Counted from the stretch's first letter, positions 23,585 through 37,860 are shown. The stretch: 64,000 nt of DNA from Hydrolagus colliei (GCA_035084275.1 CM068761.1:8432001-8496000); one strand, 5' to 3'. Notes: generated by a model from the letters alone, not told the origin. Numbers and translations: made by a program.

Positions 23585-23937
23585 ACAACAACTTTGATTT
23601 AGATTTATAGATGGCTCCCGTCACAATGGAGAGCATCTCAAAGCTCTTCACAATACCTGATCCCGGGATCGAGCCAGGGGCAGGGGTAGAAAGGTGACCA
23701 AAGGCGTGGTCGAAGAGAACGTTCTTGAACTGTTAACTGAAACTGGGAAGAGAGGGGGCGAGGTGAAAGGAATGAAGAAGGGAGTTCCAGAGGCTTGGGG
23801 CATAGTGGCTGAAGGCACAGCCACTGAGGGTGGAGCGGAGGATTCGGGGACATGGAGGTGGCCAGACCCGGTGGAGCGTCATCAGGAGCTGGTTTGGGGA
23901 GATCAGACAGATAGGGGTTTGCAGAGGAGTGGAGGGC
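23585..23937 (-). mobile_element. Short L2 3'-end insertion upstream of gene 2
   Basis: Interrupts GTGCTTTGT|CAAAAGTATT, which is contiguous at ~39122; similar to the L2 3' ends at 16900-17200 and 36000-36300. Confidence 0.7.
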
Positions 23938-25510
23938 CAAAAGTATTATCTATCTGTTCATTTAATTTAACAGACAATGTATTATGGAAGTATTCAGTTT
24001 AAAAATGACATCAGCGCTGGACTTTCCACGCATGCGCAAGTTATTTGACTTTGACTTGTCCTAAACGTGCATGGGATCAGCTCATGGACAGAATTGAATA
24101 CCCGTGAGTGGGAACTCTGGGGGAAAGCTTCACTTGAGGACTGTTCTTCTTTTAGCGGGGTGTGTACCATAACTCTATTCTTACACTCCCCGTTCCAATC
24201 TATATCACAATTTAGATGTCAGAGACATGTCCAGAAGATGGGACTTGTGTGTTCTTTTTTCCTAAGAAGGAAAAGTAGATTCACAGCTGTTAATGTTTTA
24301 TCAGAAAAAGCAGCAGCTGTAACTCACTGTGGCACTGATCTGGCTGTGATTCATACCGGGGCGACTTTCCGAATGTACTAAAGGGAATGTAACCGAAAAA
24401 ATGTGTGGACAACCTGTGTGCGGATTTTCTTTCGTATTCTGTTTTGAATAGGTGTCATAACAATAAATGTATAAATATATACATTCAAAAATATTAAACC
24501 TATCTTTTGCAGCGCCTTGGGACGTCCTCCCGACGTGAAAGGCGCTTTATAAGTTTAAATTTTTTATTGTTTTTTCCTACCACGACTGTCTCCAGGTAAA
24601 TTCCTTCGATCGAATAAGAAATAACTAGCATGAAGTCAAAACAAACCCAAATATGTCTATCTGTGTGTGTGAGGGATGGGTAACAGCAAATGACAATCGC
24701 TCTTAAAAATATCAGATTTAAGAACATGAAGTAACCATCTTGTATTTGTGCCAGGTTGAATGGTAATTTCCCTGGGACTGGAATGGAATCCTGAGACTCC
24801 TCACTCTCCCCCTCTCTCTATCTCCCTCACACCACTTACCTTATTGTGGGAAGTACTAGCTCCAGGTGGGCTACAGTCAAGGCATGGCCACTGGATTTGC
24901 CATTTGTGGCGTTGCGGTGGCTATGCCTTGACTGTAGAGGCCAAACACTCTACGTGCTAACCCCCTGTCTCTGAAGTGTTGCTGCTCCCCAGGCTGGCTG
25001 ATCAAGAGAGAGGTCACTGTAGTCAATGTTTGTAACGTTGCCTGAAAGAAACGTTCGTTTATCATCGGGAATGTGAGGCATTGGGCCGTGTCTGAGAGAA
25101 TCCTAGCGTGAGGGCAAAGTTGGTACCTGCCTGAATGTGAATTGGTGAAGCTATTTGAGAAATCGATAAACAGTATATACAATTTGAGGAACCTTGTCAC
25201 CGGCTGCAATTCGTGACTTTCACAGCTGGGTCTCTGTATCGATTCAGGTGTGACTTGTCAGTGTGTAAACTGTAACTAAATGAAACGTTGAATCTTTCAT
25301 CGGAACAAGTTTCACAAGTGTATAAATCTCTTTTTACCTGGGCAAGCGAATCTTGCAGGATTCACACACTGCAAAGCCGTGCACTACATGAACCACATAC
25401 ATATATAACAGAATAAAATTTTCCACGAAACAGCAAATAATTGATATTTGTGTTGTTTAAAAGAATACTGTTTCATACTGTAAACGAAAACTAGCATCAT
25501 TATCTGATGT

Positions 25511-25800
25511 CCTGTAGCACAGTGTTTAGAGCACTCGTCGTAGAAATGAGAGACTTGGGTTCGATTCGAAGCAGGGCGAAACCTGGGAAAGTTTCCTCGC
25601 TGCTCACGCCTGAAAAAATCCAATAATAAATTGATCACTTCAATTCACCACTGTTTGTTGGACAATGAGCGGCTGCGTTTCTTCCACATGTAACCTGAAG
25701 GTTTACTTTATAGTATATTCTGTGATGCGCTATGAGATGTCTAGAAGTTGTGAAAAGCGCCATATGAAATGGAAGATTATCATTATTTATTATTATATAA
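25511..25800 (+). mobile_element. Deu-domain SINE upstream of gene 2 promoter
   Basis: TAGCACAGTGTTTAGAGC..GGGTTCGATTC head; tail GCGCTATGAGATGTC..GAAAAGCGC. Confidence 0.7.
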
Positions 25801-25902
25801 TAAAACAATTTTCAGGTTGAAACGTAATGCAGAATTATCATCTTTACTGCCCATATATTGTGAGATATGGGCAGTAAAGTGGTTCAAATCTGCATTTGGA
25901 TA

Positions 25903-25910
25903 ATTTGCAT
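25903..25910 (+). promoter_or_regulatory. Ig promoter octamer, gene 2
   Basis: ATTTGCAT 125 nt before ATG. Confidence 0.85.
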
Positions 25911-26034
25911 AATTTATGAATTCAACTGGACTTGCATCACCTGATGGTTCTTAAGGAGAAGTTTACAATCGAGCAGTAAAGTGGCTTTTGTCTGTGAATC
26001 GCTAATTTCTCTGATGTTCATCAAACTGTTCACA

Positions 26035-26083
26035 ATGGGCGATTGGCTCCGTGTTCTGGCCGCTTTGCTCCTGTGTCTGCATG
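26035..26083 (+). CDS. IGL: Ig lambda light chain gene 2, leader exon (MGDWLRVLAALLLCLH-G)
   Basis: ATG at 26035, signal peptide, GTAAG donor at 26084. Confidence 0.95.
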
Positions 26084-26209
26084 GTAAGCGCTGCGGAATC
26101 CGCACTGATCTCAATTAGCTTCACTTTGTACAGTTAGTTGTAAAGTGTGACCTATCTACGGTGTGACCTATCTACAGTGTGACTTATCTGTAACTTGTTA
26201 TTTCTTCAG

Positions 26210-26557
26210 GAACAACCGCAGCTGTTACCCTGACTCAGCCACCGTCCATCTCAACCTCCCCGGGAAACACCGTCAAGATCACCTGTACCATGTCCGGAGG
26301 CAGCATCGGCAGCTACTACACGAGCTGGTACCAGCAGAAGCCTGGCAGCGCCCCTGTGTTTGTTTGGTATCAGAGCTCCACCAGAGGTCAGGGGATTCCT
26401 GATCGATTCACTGGTTCTGTGGACTCATCGAGCAGCTCCATGCATTTAACCATCAGCGGTGTGCAGCCGGAGGACGCCGCCGATTACTACTGTGGTGCCA
26501 TATATAGCAGCAACTATCCCTTCATCTTTGGTAAAGGGACCAAGCTGAGTTTGAAAA
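26210..26557 (+). CDS. IGL: Ig lambda light chain gene 2, germline-joined VJ exon
   Basis: Open frame ..WYQSSTRGQG..DYYCGAIYSSNYPFIFGKGTKLSLK with canonical FGxGT; AG/GT splice sites. Spliced gene gives 239 aa. Confidence 0.96.
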
Positions 26558-28574
26558 GTAAGTGATCTTGTTTCGACTCTCGATGATTATTGTGATGACG
26601 TCAGGAGGACGTCCAAATATAATTGTATGTTTGTCTGTATTCGATATTATTTCACATGCAATCTGTGATATTCGCACCTGGTTAAAACCCTCGCAATGAT
26701 AATGTGGAGATCGGAAATTTTAAAGAATCAAACACGCCAAACCTGATTTTAATTGAAAATCTGTGAAGAATTTCGACTAATAGTACAGCAAACTAACAAA
26801 GGTAAAAAGGTGGAGGCAGGAATGAAATTATCCAATAGGAGATAATCGTGGTGATATTTATATTTAACAGTCTGAAGGACTAAAGATGTCAGATTCACTG
26901 TAGCACAGCCTAGAGACCCTGGTAAAGAATGAGCTACACCAGGGAAAAGAGTTCACACTTCACACCTGAGATTGAAGTTAAATCTCTTTGTGCCAGATTA
27001 TTTAATTTCTATTTTTACCTGTTAGCCTCTTTCCCCAGTTTTTCTCCCATCATAAGGAGATCAACAGTATGTTTCCATCTGGTGACTGTCGCTGGGGTCT
27101 AATGGACCGATTGGTGAGCGGTTCAATCTCAGAGGGAACCGGATTCCCTGAAAATAATGTTCGTCTGTGACTAATTCATCATTTTGAAAATTTAAACTTT
27201 TGAGAGTAAGGAACATTATATGTAACTGATAGATGGATGATAGAGTATAACTGTAGGGGACTACAGAATATTTTCAGAATAATTCTTATGTTGCCGTCTG
27301 CTCCATGTTATTGCCATAAACAGTTTTTGCATCTTAATATCTTTTTCATTCCAGAGTTCTTTTCGAGTTTCTTCAAATATTTTATTTTCTCCCCATTACC
27401 CCCATTAAAATACATTTCTATTTTACCATTTATTGCTCACATTTATCTTCAGATTTCTAATTTTACAAACGTATTATTTTCTCCCAATACCGTGGTTGAT
27501 GTAGCTAAGGGCAGCACAATCGGAGAGACTCAATAATACCATGATTGTCATCACAAGTTGTTGCAGTTGGTCAGATGGTAATCATCGTTCATTGAAGACG
27601 GAGGCTGAGCGCCGGCTCAATCTGGTCAAAATACATTTTCTCCTTGAAAATTAACTTTATTATTTCCCTCAGGCATCATATTAAAGGGATTCCGATTTGT
27701 GTGTTGTGATTTGTGTATTGTGATTTATGTATTATGCGCTATTAATTATGAATTAAAATCAGCAAATACGGTGCCAAATCAATTATTGTGAAATCGGAAA
27801 TTAATCGGAAGCCCCGCTCAGCAAATAATCAAAGATTGGATTCTGATTGTGCTCCTGAAGTGTTTTTAAGTGTAGTTGATGAGAAGGACATCATTGATTT
27901 TATTCGTATTTTCAGGCTGTTACTCTCTATACAATCCTTATATGATTAATAATGATATTTCACTGTGATTTCAATCAGCGGCTCCCGCCACATACTCCTT
28001 GTGTCGCGATGTTTAGTGTCTGGTGTTATTTCTTATGATAGTTGGTATTCATTACTTCAACACAGGACAATTTGTACATGTGTTCCCCACTGCAAAAAAT
28101 CCTGTAATAAATTGGTCAGTTGAATCCACGACTTCTTGTGGGACAATGCTGTGCGCAATTCGCTGCCGTGTTTCGCCGAAATATGTACAGACAATTCACT
28201 TTATGGTATATTTTGCGAACATTGAGACGCCGAGAAGACGTCAAGAGCACTATATCAAATGCGAGGATTATTACCATTATTACTGGTAATCTCTCAGCAG
28301 CAAACTATTGATGGTATAATAATGAATGGTGTGTGATGGTGTATGATGACCCCAACACCCATTCTTCCCTCTACATTGCTACACTTTGTCACAATTGAAA
28401 AGTACCGTATGAAACGCTGCACAAGAAAACGTTTTACCATTTACAGGAATGTGAAATACTGCATAGCGTTATTTATTAGTGATCCTGAAGTTTTGTCGTG
28501 CTATTGACCAATCGATTGTATATGAAGATGACAAAAAAAAAAATTAAACTTTTGTATCCACATTTTTGTTCCAG

Positions 28575-28897
28575 ACCCACGGGCACCTTCGGTGACTGTC
28601 CTTCCGCCGGCACCAGATCAAATCACAGCAAAGAGCAAGGCGACCCTGGTGTGTCTGGTGAATGATTTTACCCCGGGTACTGTGGAGGTCAAGTGGACTG
28701 TGGATGGCAGTGCCAGAAGTGAAGGTGTTGAAACGAGTGCGATCAAGCAGGAGATGGACAACACGTACAGTGTGAGCAGTTATCTGACTCTGCCAGCCTC
28801 CGAGTGGGAGTCACACGAGCTGTATTCCTGTCTGGTCAAACACGAGACTCGGGGGACTCCGCTCGAAAGAACCATCGCCAGATCTAGTTGTATCTAA
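28575..28897 (+). CDS. IGL: Ig lambda light chain gene 2, constant exon C2
   Basis: Acceptor at 28574, intact C domain ending RSSCI-stop. Confidence 0.96.
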
Positions 28898-29176
28898 GTT
28901 AGGAACATATAGAGTAATTTTGGCAATAACATTAAGAATAAGAATTGTGTTAATGATTGTTTGGAAATTAAAGTAATTTTGTCAGGAATGCCCAAATTGA
29001 GAAACAAATTCGATTAAATACCTCCGGTAAATTTAGGTTATAAGTAGAGTATTACAATACGGCAACAATAATTTGTCTGTTTGCTGGAATTCAACGGTTG
29101 TACTTTACAGTATGTTCACGCTGCAATAATTAAGCCCCCCTGTGTAACATTACATGAATAAGAAATACTATGTTTT

Positions 29177-29182
29177 AATAAA
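29177..29182 (+). terminator. Polyadenylation signal after C2
   Basis: AATAAA in the same context as after C1. Confidence 0.6.
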
Positions 29183-30062
29183 ATGATTATTTCATTGCCC
29201 TATGTGCCATGGCTATTGTTCTTCATTTCTTCTTTTCATTTCATTATTATTTTATCTGAAACACGAATTTGATCTTATCAATTAAACATGCAAGCAGTAC
29301 TTATATGCCTTTGAAATTTATGTAGTAGAATTTTGGAAACATCTTAATCTTGGTCGCTACTTGGGAGCCTTTTCATGTTGTTAAAAAGAACCATCCATCA
29401 AAGTAAACTCAACATCAATTAAAGTTAAAGTGAATTCAAGATATCGCACAATATTCAGTGTTAAGTCATGATTGTTGTTACAAGTTGAGCACGTGTGAAA
29501 TGCTCTCCCCAACAATGCTGTACATCCATCTTGGGTTTGGAAGATAACTCATTGAGATACTTTTGCCCCCTGCCCCTCCAGCCCGCCGTTCTCTACAGAA
29601 CTAAATCAAAGTATTACTCAAGTGCTTCACTCGATCATTATGCTGAGCTTTTGTTTTGTCATAAGGAGTGACAACCTATTGAAAGGTTATATGACCATCA
29701 GATGCAAATGAAACATCAAAATGTACCCACTCCGAAGAGCTCATTCTAGACTTCCTCCCCTCCCCACAACGTGGCCAGTGAGCTCCAAGCCTGCGGTTGA
29801 GTAACGTACCGACTTCCGCATTGCAGCCTTTTAACACCCGCAGGTGTCTTTGCAGTTCCCTTCAGTCGTTTAAGCTGCTGTCAATTCTAGTCAATATTTT
29901 CACTTCATTGGAAAATATTACATCGGTGCGATATGTCTATCAAATAGGACTGTTATTTGTTGGTCGATATCAAAACAAGTTTAATGGTTGAAATGGAACG
30001 ATAGTAATAGGAAGCTGGACAACGACTTGTCTGGAATATACCAATCGCAGCTGGTACTGATG

Positions 30063-30261
30063 ACATCGAAACACAAAATACTACAGAAGCTGGGAATCTG
30101 AAACAGAAACAAAAGTTGCTGGGGGAGCTCAGCAGGTCAAACAGCATCCAAAACGTGGCTGTGGAAACGGGTTTTGGAGAACACACAATCAAACACAATC
30201 AAGCACATTTCTTTTGGATACTGTTTGACCTGCTGAGTTTCCCCAACATCTTTTACTGATG
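30063..30261. mobile_element. ~200 bp insertion with 8-bp TSD (TACTGATG) and a 43-bp inverted repeat
   Basis: TSD at 30055-30062 and 30254-30261; arms 30111-30153 and 30212-30254; empty site TACTTATG at 16077. Confidence 0.75.
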
Positions 30262-31034
30262 TAATCGATATGTTTACGTAGCTCATATGGAATGAATCCC
30301 AAGCCCTGGCTAACGTAATAATATAATAGCCTATAGTTATGTTTGAATTGGGAGAATTCATTAGTTGGAAGAGAATAGTATAATTGATTGAATCAATAAA
30401 AACTATAAAATGAATGATACACTGAGCACAATCGGCAGTGAGTGGACTATGTTCTCCATTCACCTAATATAGTTTGCTGCTCTCCTAGTTTAAGAATTTG
30501 CATTTGATAGTGTTTAGGAATGGTTATCTCAACCGACCAGGTCCGAGATAGACGTTTACACATTCTGACTCATGCGCTAATTTGTGAGTAAAAACTGTAA
30601 GTGTTGATTGTACTTCATGGGGGAGGAGGATTTAAAAAACTTTATTTTGGTCATCATTCACCACCAGTTTATATTCTATTTGGGTGGGCCTAATGCCGGT
30701 AAACACATATTGATACTGCATAAACTTATGTTTAAATATAACGATACTTGGGAAATCGCTTTGACATAGTGGAGGTATATCTCTTTAAGTAATTATCAGT
30801 ACTGGATCTGCCCAAATAACCTAGGGGATGTATTCTTAAAAAGTTGATTTTACATGAAATACCATATAGCGAAACCTAAATTACCATAGGCCCCCATACT
30901 ATCCACAGGAGTTAGGTTCCTTCAGTACATTTCTGGTTTATATTTTCTTACACTAATATTAAATAAAGACCAAAAGCAACACCACTAGTATTGAAAATAA
31001 AATAAAAGTTTAATGAATATATACACAAGATAAC

Positions 31035-33540
31035 AACAGCAAAATTATATTGATAGAGCGCCTTTCATGTCAGGAGGATGTCGCAAGGCGCTGAACAATT
31101 AGATCATGTCCGATCGGGTAAGGGGGTGGGGGGTGGGGGGTGTCGTGGCAAGAGAGTAGGAAAGGTGGGAGAGTTTGGAGGGGTGGAGAAGGCACGGTCG
31201 AAGAGGAAGCTGTTGAGACTGGTCTTAAAGGAGGAAAGGGAGGAAGAGAGGCGAACTTGTTGCAGGATAGAGTTCCAGAGTGTGGGACAGAGTGGCTGAA
31301 AGCCCGGCCACCGATGGTAGGTCAGTTTTGGGCGGGGGACATGGAGCAGGAAATAGTCCGCTAAACGATGGGCAGGCTGATAGGGAAGCAGCAGTTTGGA
31401 AAGATAGGTCGGGGCAAGGTCATGAATGGCCTTGAAAGTGAGGACGAGGATCTGGAATTTAACCCTATTGAAGATGAGGAGCCAGTGGAGTTGGGCGAGG
31501 GTGGGAGTGATGTGGTCACAGAGCCTTGTGCAGGAGAGTCCACGAGCTGCAGAGTTCTGAATAATCTGCCGTAGGGGAGCCTAGATGTGATGAAAGCGTG
31601 GATGAGTGTTTCAGCAGCATGGGGGGTGAGGTAGTGGCGGAGGAGGTGGAAGGCTGTACCGGTCATGGCGCGGATTTGGGGGAGGAAGGATAGTTTGCAG
31701 TGGAACAAGCTACCCAGATTGCTGACTGGTTTTAAGAGGTGGAGAGTGCAGCCTTGAATGCCAATGTTGCCAGCACCTGAGGTGCTGAGGCGCTGACGCC
31801 AGTGAATCAGGATGGCCTCTGTTTGTTGATGTTTAGTTGGAGGAAGTTGTCCCTTGTCCGGGACTAAATGTTGGACAAACATGCAGTCAGAATGCCAATA
31901 GTCCTGGAGTTGAGGGTGGTAGCGGAAAGGTAGTGTTGGGTGTCATCCGCACACATGTGAAAAATTACCACATATCAGGGGATAATGTCACCGAGGGGGC
32001 AGGAAGCATGTAGATGGTGAGGAGCAGGGGCCCAAGAACAGAGGATGCCACATGTGACTGTACAAGGGCTGGAGGAAAAGCCGTTTGGGGAGAAAAACTG
32101 AAAGCTGTGTGAGACATATTGCTGGAACTAATCAAGAACAGACCCTTGAAAAGTGAGGAGGGAAAAGAGGCGGGAGAGGAAAATTGCATGGTCAATGGTT
32201 TCAAAGGCAGTGGATAAATTGAGGAGGACGAGGGGGCAGAGGGAGGCCTGGTCACAGATGGTCAGGATGTCATTTGTGCCCTTCACAAGAGCAGTTTCCC
32301 ATCCCGATTGGAGGGGTTCGAAAATTGAGTGGGTTGAGTGGAAAGAGTGGAAATGTGAAGCAACACCTCTTTCGCTGACCTTAGACAGGAAAGGGAGAAT
32401 GGAGATGGGCAGGTAACTCGAGAGCTGCAACACATTGAGAGAAGGTTTCTTTAGGATGGAGGTGATAGTGGCAGATTTGAGGTGAGTAGGAATGGTGCCA
32501 GATGAAAAGTGGCAGGTTAATGGTATCGGCAATTAGTGGGGCTAGAAGGTGGAGCTGGGTGGTAAGAAGAGGGGTTTGGATGGGGTCAAGGGAGCAGGTG
32601 ATGTGCGTTATGGAGTCGATGGTTTTTGTGATGGAGGATGGGGAGATGGTATGGAATGCGTGGAAGGAGGGATGGTTAGGAGACAGGATTTGGGGGGAGG
32701 TGACAATGGGGTGGAAGTTAGAGGGACGGTGAATCGCAGAGCAGATTTCCTCGATTTTGGACTCAAGGAAATCCAGCATCTCCTCGCAGCGGGAGTTCGA
32801 GAAAAGGATATGTGAGGCAACGTTAGGCAGTGGGCGGAAGGACAGGACAACAATGGGGGGATGGAAGACCTGGTTGGTGTTGGAGAAAAGCATTCGGGGT
32901 TTGTACTTCGCCTCCAGGATTATTCTGGAGTAGAAGGACTATTTGGTGGAGGCTACAGTGGAGCGGTACGGTGAAGTGAGGTCCAGCCAGATGTGCCATT
33001 GGACAGTTAGGCGGGATTTCAGCCAGGTGCGTCAGTGGCCCGCATCTGGCCCTTGAGGAAATGGAGGTGAGTGGTGAACCAGATTGAGGTTCGGAACTAG
33101 GAGGCAGTTTGATAGGTGAGGGGGGCAAGTGCTTTGAATGTGGTGGAGGGGTTTTTGTGGAGGAGAGTGAGTGCAGAGAGCGAGAGTGAGTGAAGGTGTG
33201 CCAGAGAGAGAGGAGTTTGGAGGACTCTAAGGTAGCAGAGAAAGTTTGTGGGGGATCTTCTTCCATGGGCGGAAGAAGATGGCGGTAGGTTTGGGGGTGG
33301 AGGGGAGAGTGCTCGGAGATGGCCGTGTTGTTGATCGTGAAATCAGAGACACTGAAGCTCAGGGTGATCACCAAGATAAAGCGGTGGCCGTGAATGTGTG
33401 TGGCGGAGTGGATGCGGAGGGAGAGGTTGAGAGTGGAGAGGAGGGCGGAGAATTCTGAGGAGGTGGAGCAAGTGACGGTGAAGTGGAGGTTGATGTCGCC
33501 GACGATGATGAAATGCAACGTGACATCCAATGGGATGTCA
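31035..33540 (-). mobile_element. L2-clade LINE, degraded ORF2 (EN to 3' tail)
   Basis: IVGDINLH (EN), LLNLSTAFETIDH and SVLGPLLLTIY (RT), LIHAFITSRL; many frameshifts. Confidence 0.88.
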
Positions 33541-35960
33541 CGTTTCATTTCTACTCACAGATGTGTGTAGAACATCTGTACATCTGCACACAGATGTAGC
33601 CCACAAACCGCTGGATTTAAATGACTACTTTATTGTTTTTTTAAGCGAATGTTAGGTATGTGTTGTAAGAAAACTTGCCCAATGTTTCGCCCTTTCTGGA
33701 ATTGAGTCCAATTCTCTGGTTTTTAAGGCATGTGCTCTATCCACTGAGTTTCGAGAATCCTCAGTTGAAGGGTCCTCAGGCATCCATCAGTATATTTATT
33801 ATAATGATGATAATAGGATGCGGCGCCAATTCATGCAGATACATGGGTAATCTGTAATAAACCAGATATTAGAATACAAAATAGCTAGTAAATGTAGCAG
33901 AACATGTGTGGCTTTAATATGTGCTGACAACATAAGCAATAAGGAACTAGGGAAGATGAGGAAACATATCGATCTGGAAATGGAATGTGGAAGACATGTT
34001 GCAGTATAAATCAAACATAAATCCTATAGTTGAATGTTTAGAGCACTCGCCATACAAGCAAGTGATCTGGTTTCAATTCCAGACAGGGCGAAGTCTTGAG
34101 CAAGTTTCCATACACCATATGCCTCATCCCTCAAAAAAGGGAATAATAAATTGCTCACTTCAATCTGCGACTGTTTGTGGGACACAGCTGATATGTTTCG
34201 CCGACATATATTCACTATTTGTTGAGGGATATGGGTCATTGTGTAAAGCGCTTTGAGACGTCTAGAAGATGAAAGGATTGGTATTATTACTTAGGATTTG
34301 TTTTAGTCGTCCATAAATATTTCCAAAGGAATAGCAACACTTTGTTGCGTTTTGTTTTGGTTTGATGCATCTGGAATCATCTGGAAGTATTTGCAGTGAC
34401 AGCAATATTCTTAGACAAACAAAATAATCCATGTTTGTGATATTCGTGAATGTTTGAGTGGAAATTATACCTGTGCCTTTTGAAGTAAAGACAGAGGATC
34501 TCATAATTCAGTATGAATTTAACAGGGTGACAATTTCTTAAAATTTTAAAATACCACAGTAATCGGGTACATTTTGTCACACGTTGGATTTCTACCCAAG
34601 CTTCTGATAGATCAGATGTGGGAAGATTCAGGCGACGAACACTCAATCTGTGGAGGGCGCTGTCTCACAATAATTAAAAACATTGCCTCACTCTCACTGA
34701 GGCAACAATTTTAAATGACTGTCAGTTTGAATTTCATAGCTTATATGAAATCTACTCAGGTTGTTGCTACTTATAGTGTCTGTTTTTGTAGCCAAACACG
34801 GTGCTTGTTTTGCAGCAGCAATACCACTCAACAAATGAATAACAAAAATGGTAAATAATCTTATGTACAGTTATTCCTGGCTCCAAGACAAACTTTCTTT
34901 CACTTTCCATTAATTAATTTCATGAAAACTCTGATATCCAGCTGAGCAACCAACAACTTCGATTAGCATCATATTGTAAAAATCTAATCTCACAAACTGA
35001 AGTGAAGTGATTGCAGTGTTTGCCCTAGATATGCCGATAAAAATCAGGACAGGTGTTCAATTTAAATTATGATTATATCATTAATTCATCATAGGTTATC
35101 GTAATTGGTGCCTCCAGAGTGACTATCAATATTACCACATTACTGTCTATCACACTGCCTGGCTTCCAATGTACATCACCATGAAGGCAGTGAAATCCTC
35201 AGTCCTTGCCTTTGAGAATTGATGTTTGTGATGTTGAGATGGTTCAAGGGCAATGCACTTCAGACTATCACATTTATTTAATTTTATGGCATGCGCTCCA
35301 CGATAGTACAAGGCAATAATAACGAAAGACAAATGCAAGAACACATTGCAATTATGCATCATGTTGCATATTGGGAGTATGCACCAAAACTCGTCATGCT
35401 TGCTGTGATTGGATTGAAATTGGGATGGGTGGAAGCATGACCAAGGCACGGTGAAAGAGAAAGGACTTTAGATGAGATTTCAAGGAGGGAAGGCAGGGCA
35501 AGTAAAGTGTTTCCTAGTCAGTGTTCCCAAGGAGTATGGCCAAAACATGTTGAACGCCTTTCATGAGGAATGCAAGAATGATATTTCTCGGCAGCCAGCG
35601 TGAGTGAAGAGGCAATGGCAGTGTTGTTCAATGTAGTGGAAGTGTGGGAATGCAGAACTGTGGGTGGCATCCATATTGGGATAAGGAAAGATCAGCACCG
35701 ATGCTTTGTACAAGCTATGGGCGGTGAAAAATGAATCTGTTAATAGTGTCATTGTCAGTTCGTTGGGTGAGGAATTGCAGGCGACCTTCACCTTGTCAAC
35801 TTTAAAATGGAGAAAATTAGCCATTATTCAGACTTGATCACTGAAGATGGCAGGAAATACATTGAGAAATATGGAGGAACAGCTTGAACATATGTTAATT
35901 TGTAAACAACAACAAAATGACATTTATATAGTGCCTTTCACGTCGGGAGGAAGTCCAAGA

Positions 35961-37070
35961 ACAACAACAAATTAGACTTATAGAGCGCCTCTCACGTCGG
36001 GAGGTTGTCTCAAGGCGCTGCACAGGAGGCGTGTGACCCGAGCTGGGAGGGGAGTGTTCGGGAGGGCATACAAAAACGTGTGGGAGGTCTAACAATTAGG
36101 GGGGAACAGAAGGCATGGTCGAAAACGATAGTCTTCAAACCGGCCTTGAAAGAGGAAAGGGAGGAAACAAGGCAGAGGGTTTGGGGGATGGAATTCCATT
36201 GGGTGGGAGCGGAAAAACTGAAGGCTCGGCCTCCGATGTTGGGGCGGTTAGGGTGGAGGGCTTGGAAGAAACCAAGTCCCGCTGAACCGAGGGTCCGGGT
36301 GGGCTTGTAGGGGGAGAGTAGATCGGATAGATAGGGCGGGGAGAGGCTATGTAAGGCCTTGTAAACGAGGACAAGGATCTTGAACTCGATCCTCTGGGGG
36401 ATGGGGAGCCAGTGGAGACGTGCGAGGGTGGGGGTTATGTGGTCACGGAGGCGGGTGCGGGATAGCATACGGGCTGCAGAGTTTTGGATGACCTGCAGCC
36501 TGTGAATGGAGGAGCTGGGGAGGCCGACGAGGAGAGTTTCCGTAGCCAACTGTGAGGTGATGTACGTGTGCTCGAGTGTTTCGGCAGCGTGGGGGGTGAG
36601 ATAGTTGCGGAGCCTGGCAATGTTGCGCAGGTGGAAATAAGCGGTGCCGGTCAAGGCATGGATGTGGGGGAGGAAGGAGAGTTTATGGTCGAACGTGATG
36701 CCGAGGTTTCTGATTGGCTTTGTGAGGTGGAGAGTACAGCCTTGGATGTTGAGGCTGGCAGCACCCGATGTGTGGAGGCGCTGGCTTGAGCCAATCAGGA
36801 GGGCCTCGGTCTTGCTCACGTTCAATTGGAGGAAGTTATCCAGGTCTCAATGTCGGACAGACATGCTGTCAGAACATCAATGGTCTGGGGGTTGAGGGAT
36901 GAGGCTGAGAGGTACAGTTGGGTGTCGTCTGCATACATGTGGAAATTTACCCCATGTTTGTGGATGACATTGCCCAGAGGGAGCGTGTAAATGGTGAAAA
37001 GGAGGGGGCCAAGGACAGAGCCCTGGGGGATGCCATGAGAAACTGTGTGGGGTTTTGAGGAGAAACCGTT
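35961..37070 (-). mobile_element. Younger L2 3' fragment inserted in a SINE remnant
   Basis: ORF 36010-36825 NVSKTEALL..LARLHWLPIPQRIEFKILVLVYKALH..GGRAFS; [10 protein letters not shown] region near 37010-37040. Confidence 0.88.
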
Positions 37071-37249
37071 AGAAGATACAAAATGTAGGCGGTCCGAAGG
37101 TGCTCTGCAGTCAGGTAGGGACCAGAGCAGAGGGGGCAGGGATCAGCGTAAGGGTAAGGAGAGTAAGAGAATTGACTGTATATTTGTGGGCGAAACATAG
37201 CAGCCAAATTACGCACAGCATTGTTCCACAAACAGTTGTGTGAGTGGGG

Positions 37250-37660
37250 TTAGGGAAGAAAGGGGGAAAAGAGCGTAAGGGGGAGAGGGAGGGAAAGGTG
37301 GGGTGAGATAAAGTAGGTGGGGAAAATGGTAGGAGAAAGGGGGTTGAGGGGGAGTTGGGAGGCAAGGGAGAAAAGGGGAAGAGGGAAAGAATGGGGGAAA
37401 CAGGAGCAGATGGATGGAAGAGGGTGAAGAGGGGAAGGGAAGAGAGGAAAGAAAGGGTGGAAGAGACGGAGGGGAAAGGAAGAGGGGTGGATAGAGAGGG
37501 TAGGGGTGAAAGAGCGAGAAGAGGAAAGGGGGCAAGAAAGAGGGAAGTAAAGAGCGGGTGGTAGGGAGAGGCAAATAAGCGAGGGAAAAGGGGAGGAGAG
37601 AAAGGATGAAAGGTAGCGAGGAAAGAAAAGGGGGGAAAGGTTAGGGGGCAAAAGGCGTGG
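37250..37660 (+). repeat. Polypurine tract
   Basis: Composition; shorter homolog. Confidence 0.9.
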
Positions 37661-37703
37661 GTGATTAACCAACGGCAACAAAAATAGCAACAATAACAAT
37701 AAT

Positions 37704-37860
37704 GAAGTCCTTGAGCTCGCCACTACTTGTCCTCACCATCTGCCTGGATGATCTGCTTAAGGTGGAACTGGACCTGGGTGAAGTGGGAGGAAAGGGCCAA
37801 CAGTGATTAATTACTTGAACAGCTCCTGCTCGGCCTCCAGCCACTGCAGTTTCTCAGGGA
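37704..37860 (-). pseudogene. RUNDC1-like N-terminal fragment, copy 4
   Basis: EKLQWLEAEQELF/SLLALSSHFTQVQFHLKQIIQADGEDK*/ELKDF. Confidence 0.75.

Noticed and set aside
30057-30072. CTGATGA-CATC-GAAAC as a minimal hammerhead ribozyme core
   Set aside because: Only 4 nt for stem II, partly formed by the TSD, and not conserved in the paralog at 49025 (CTGATGTCATCGAAGC)
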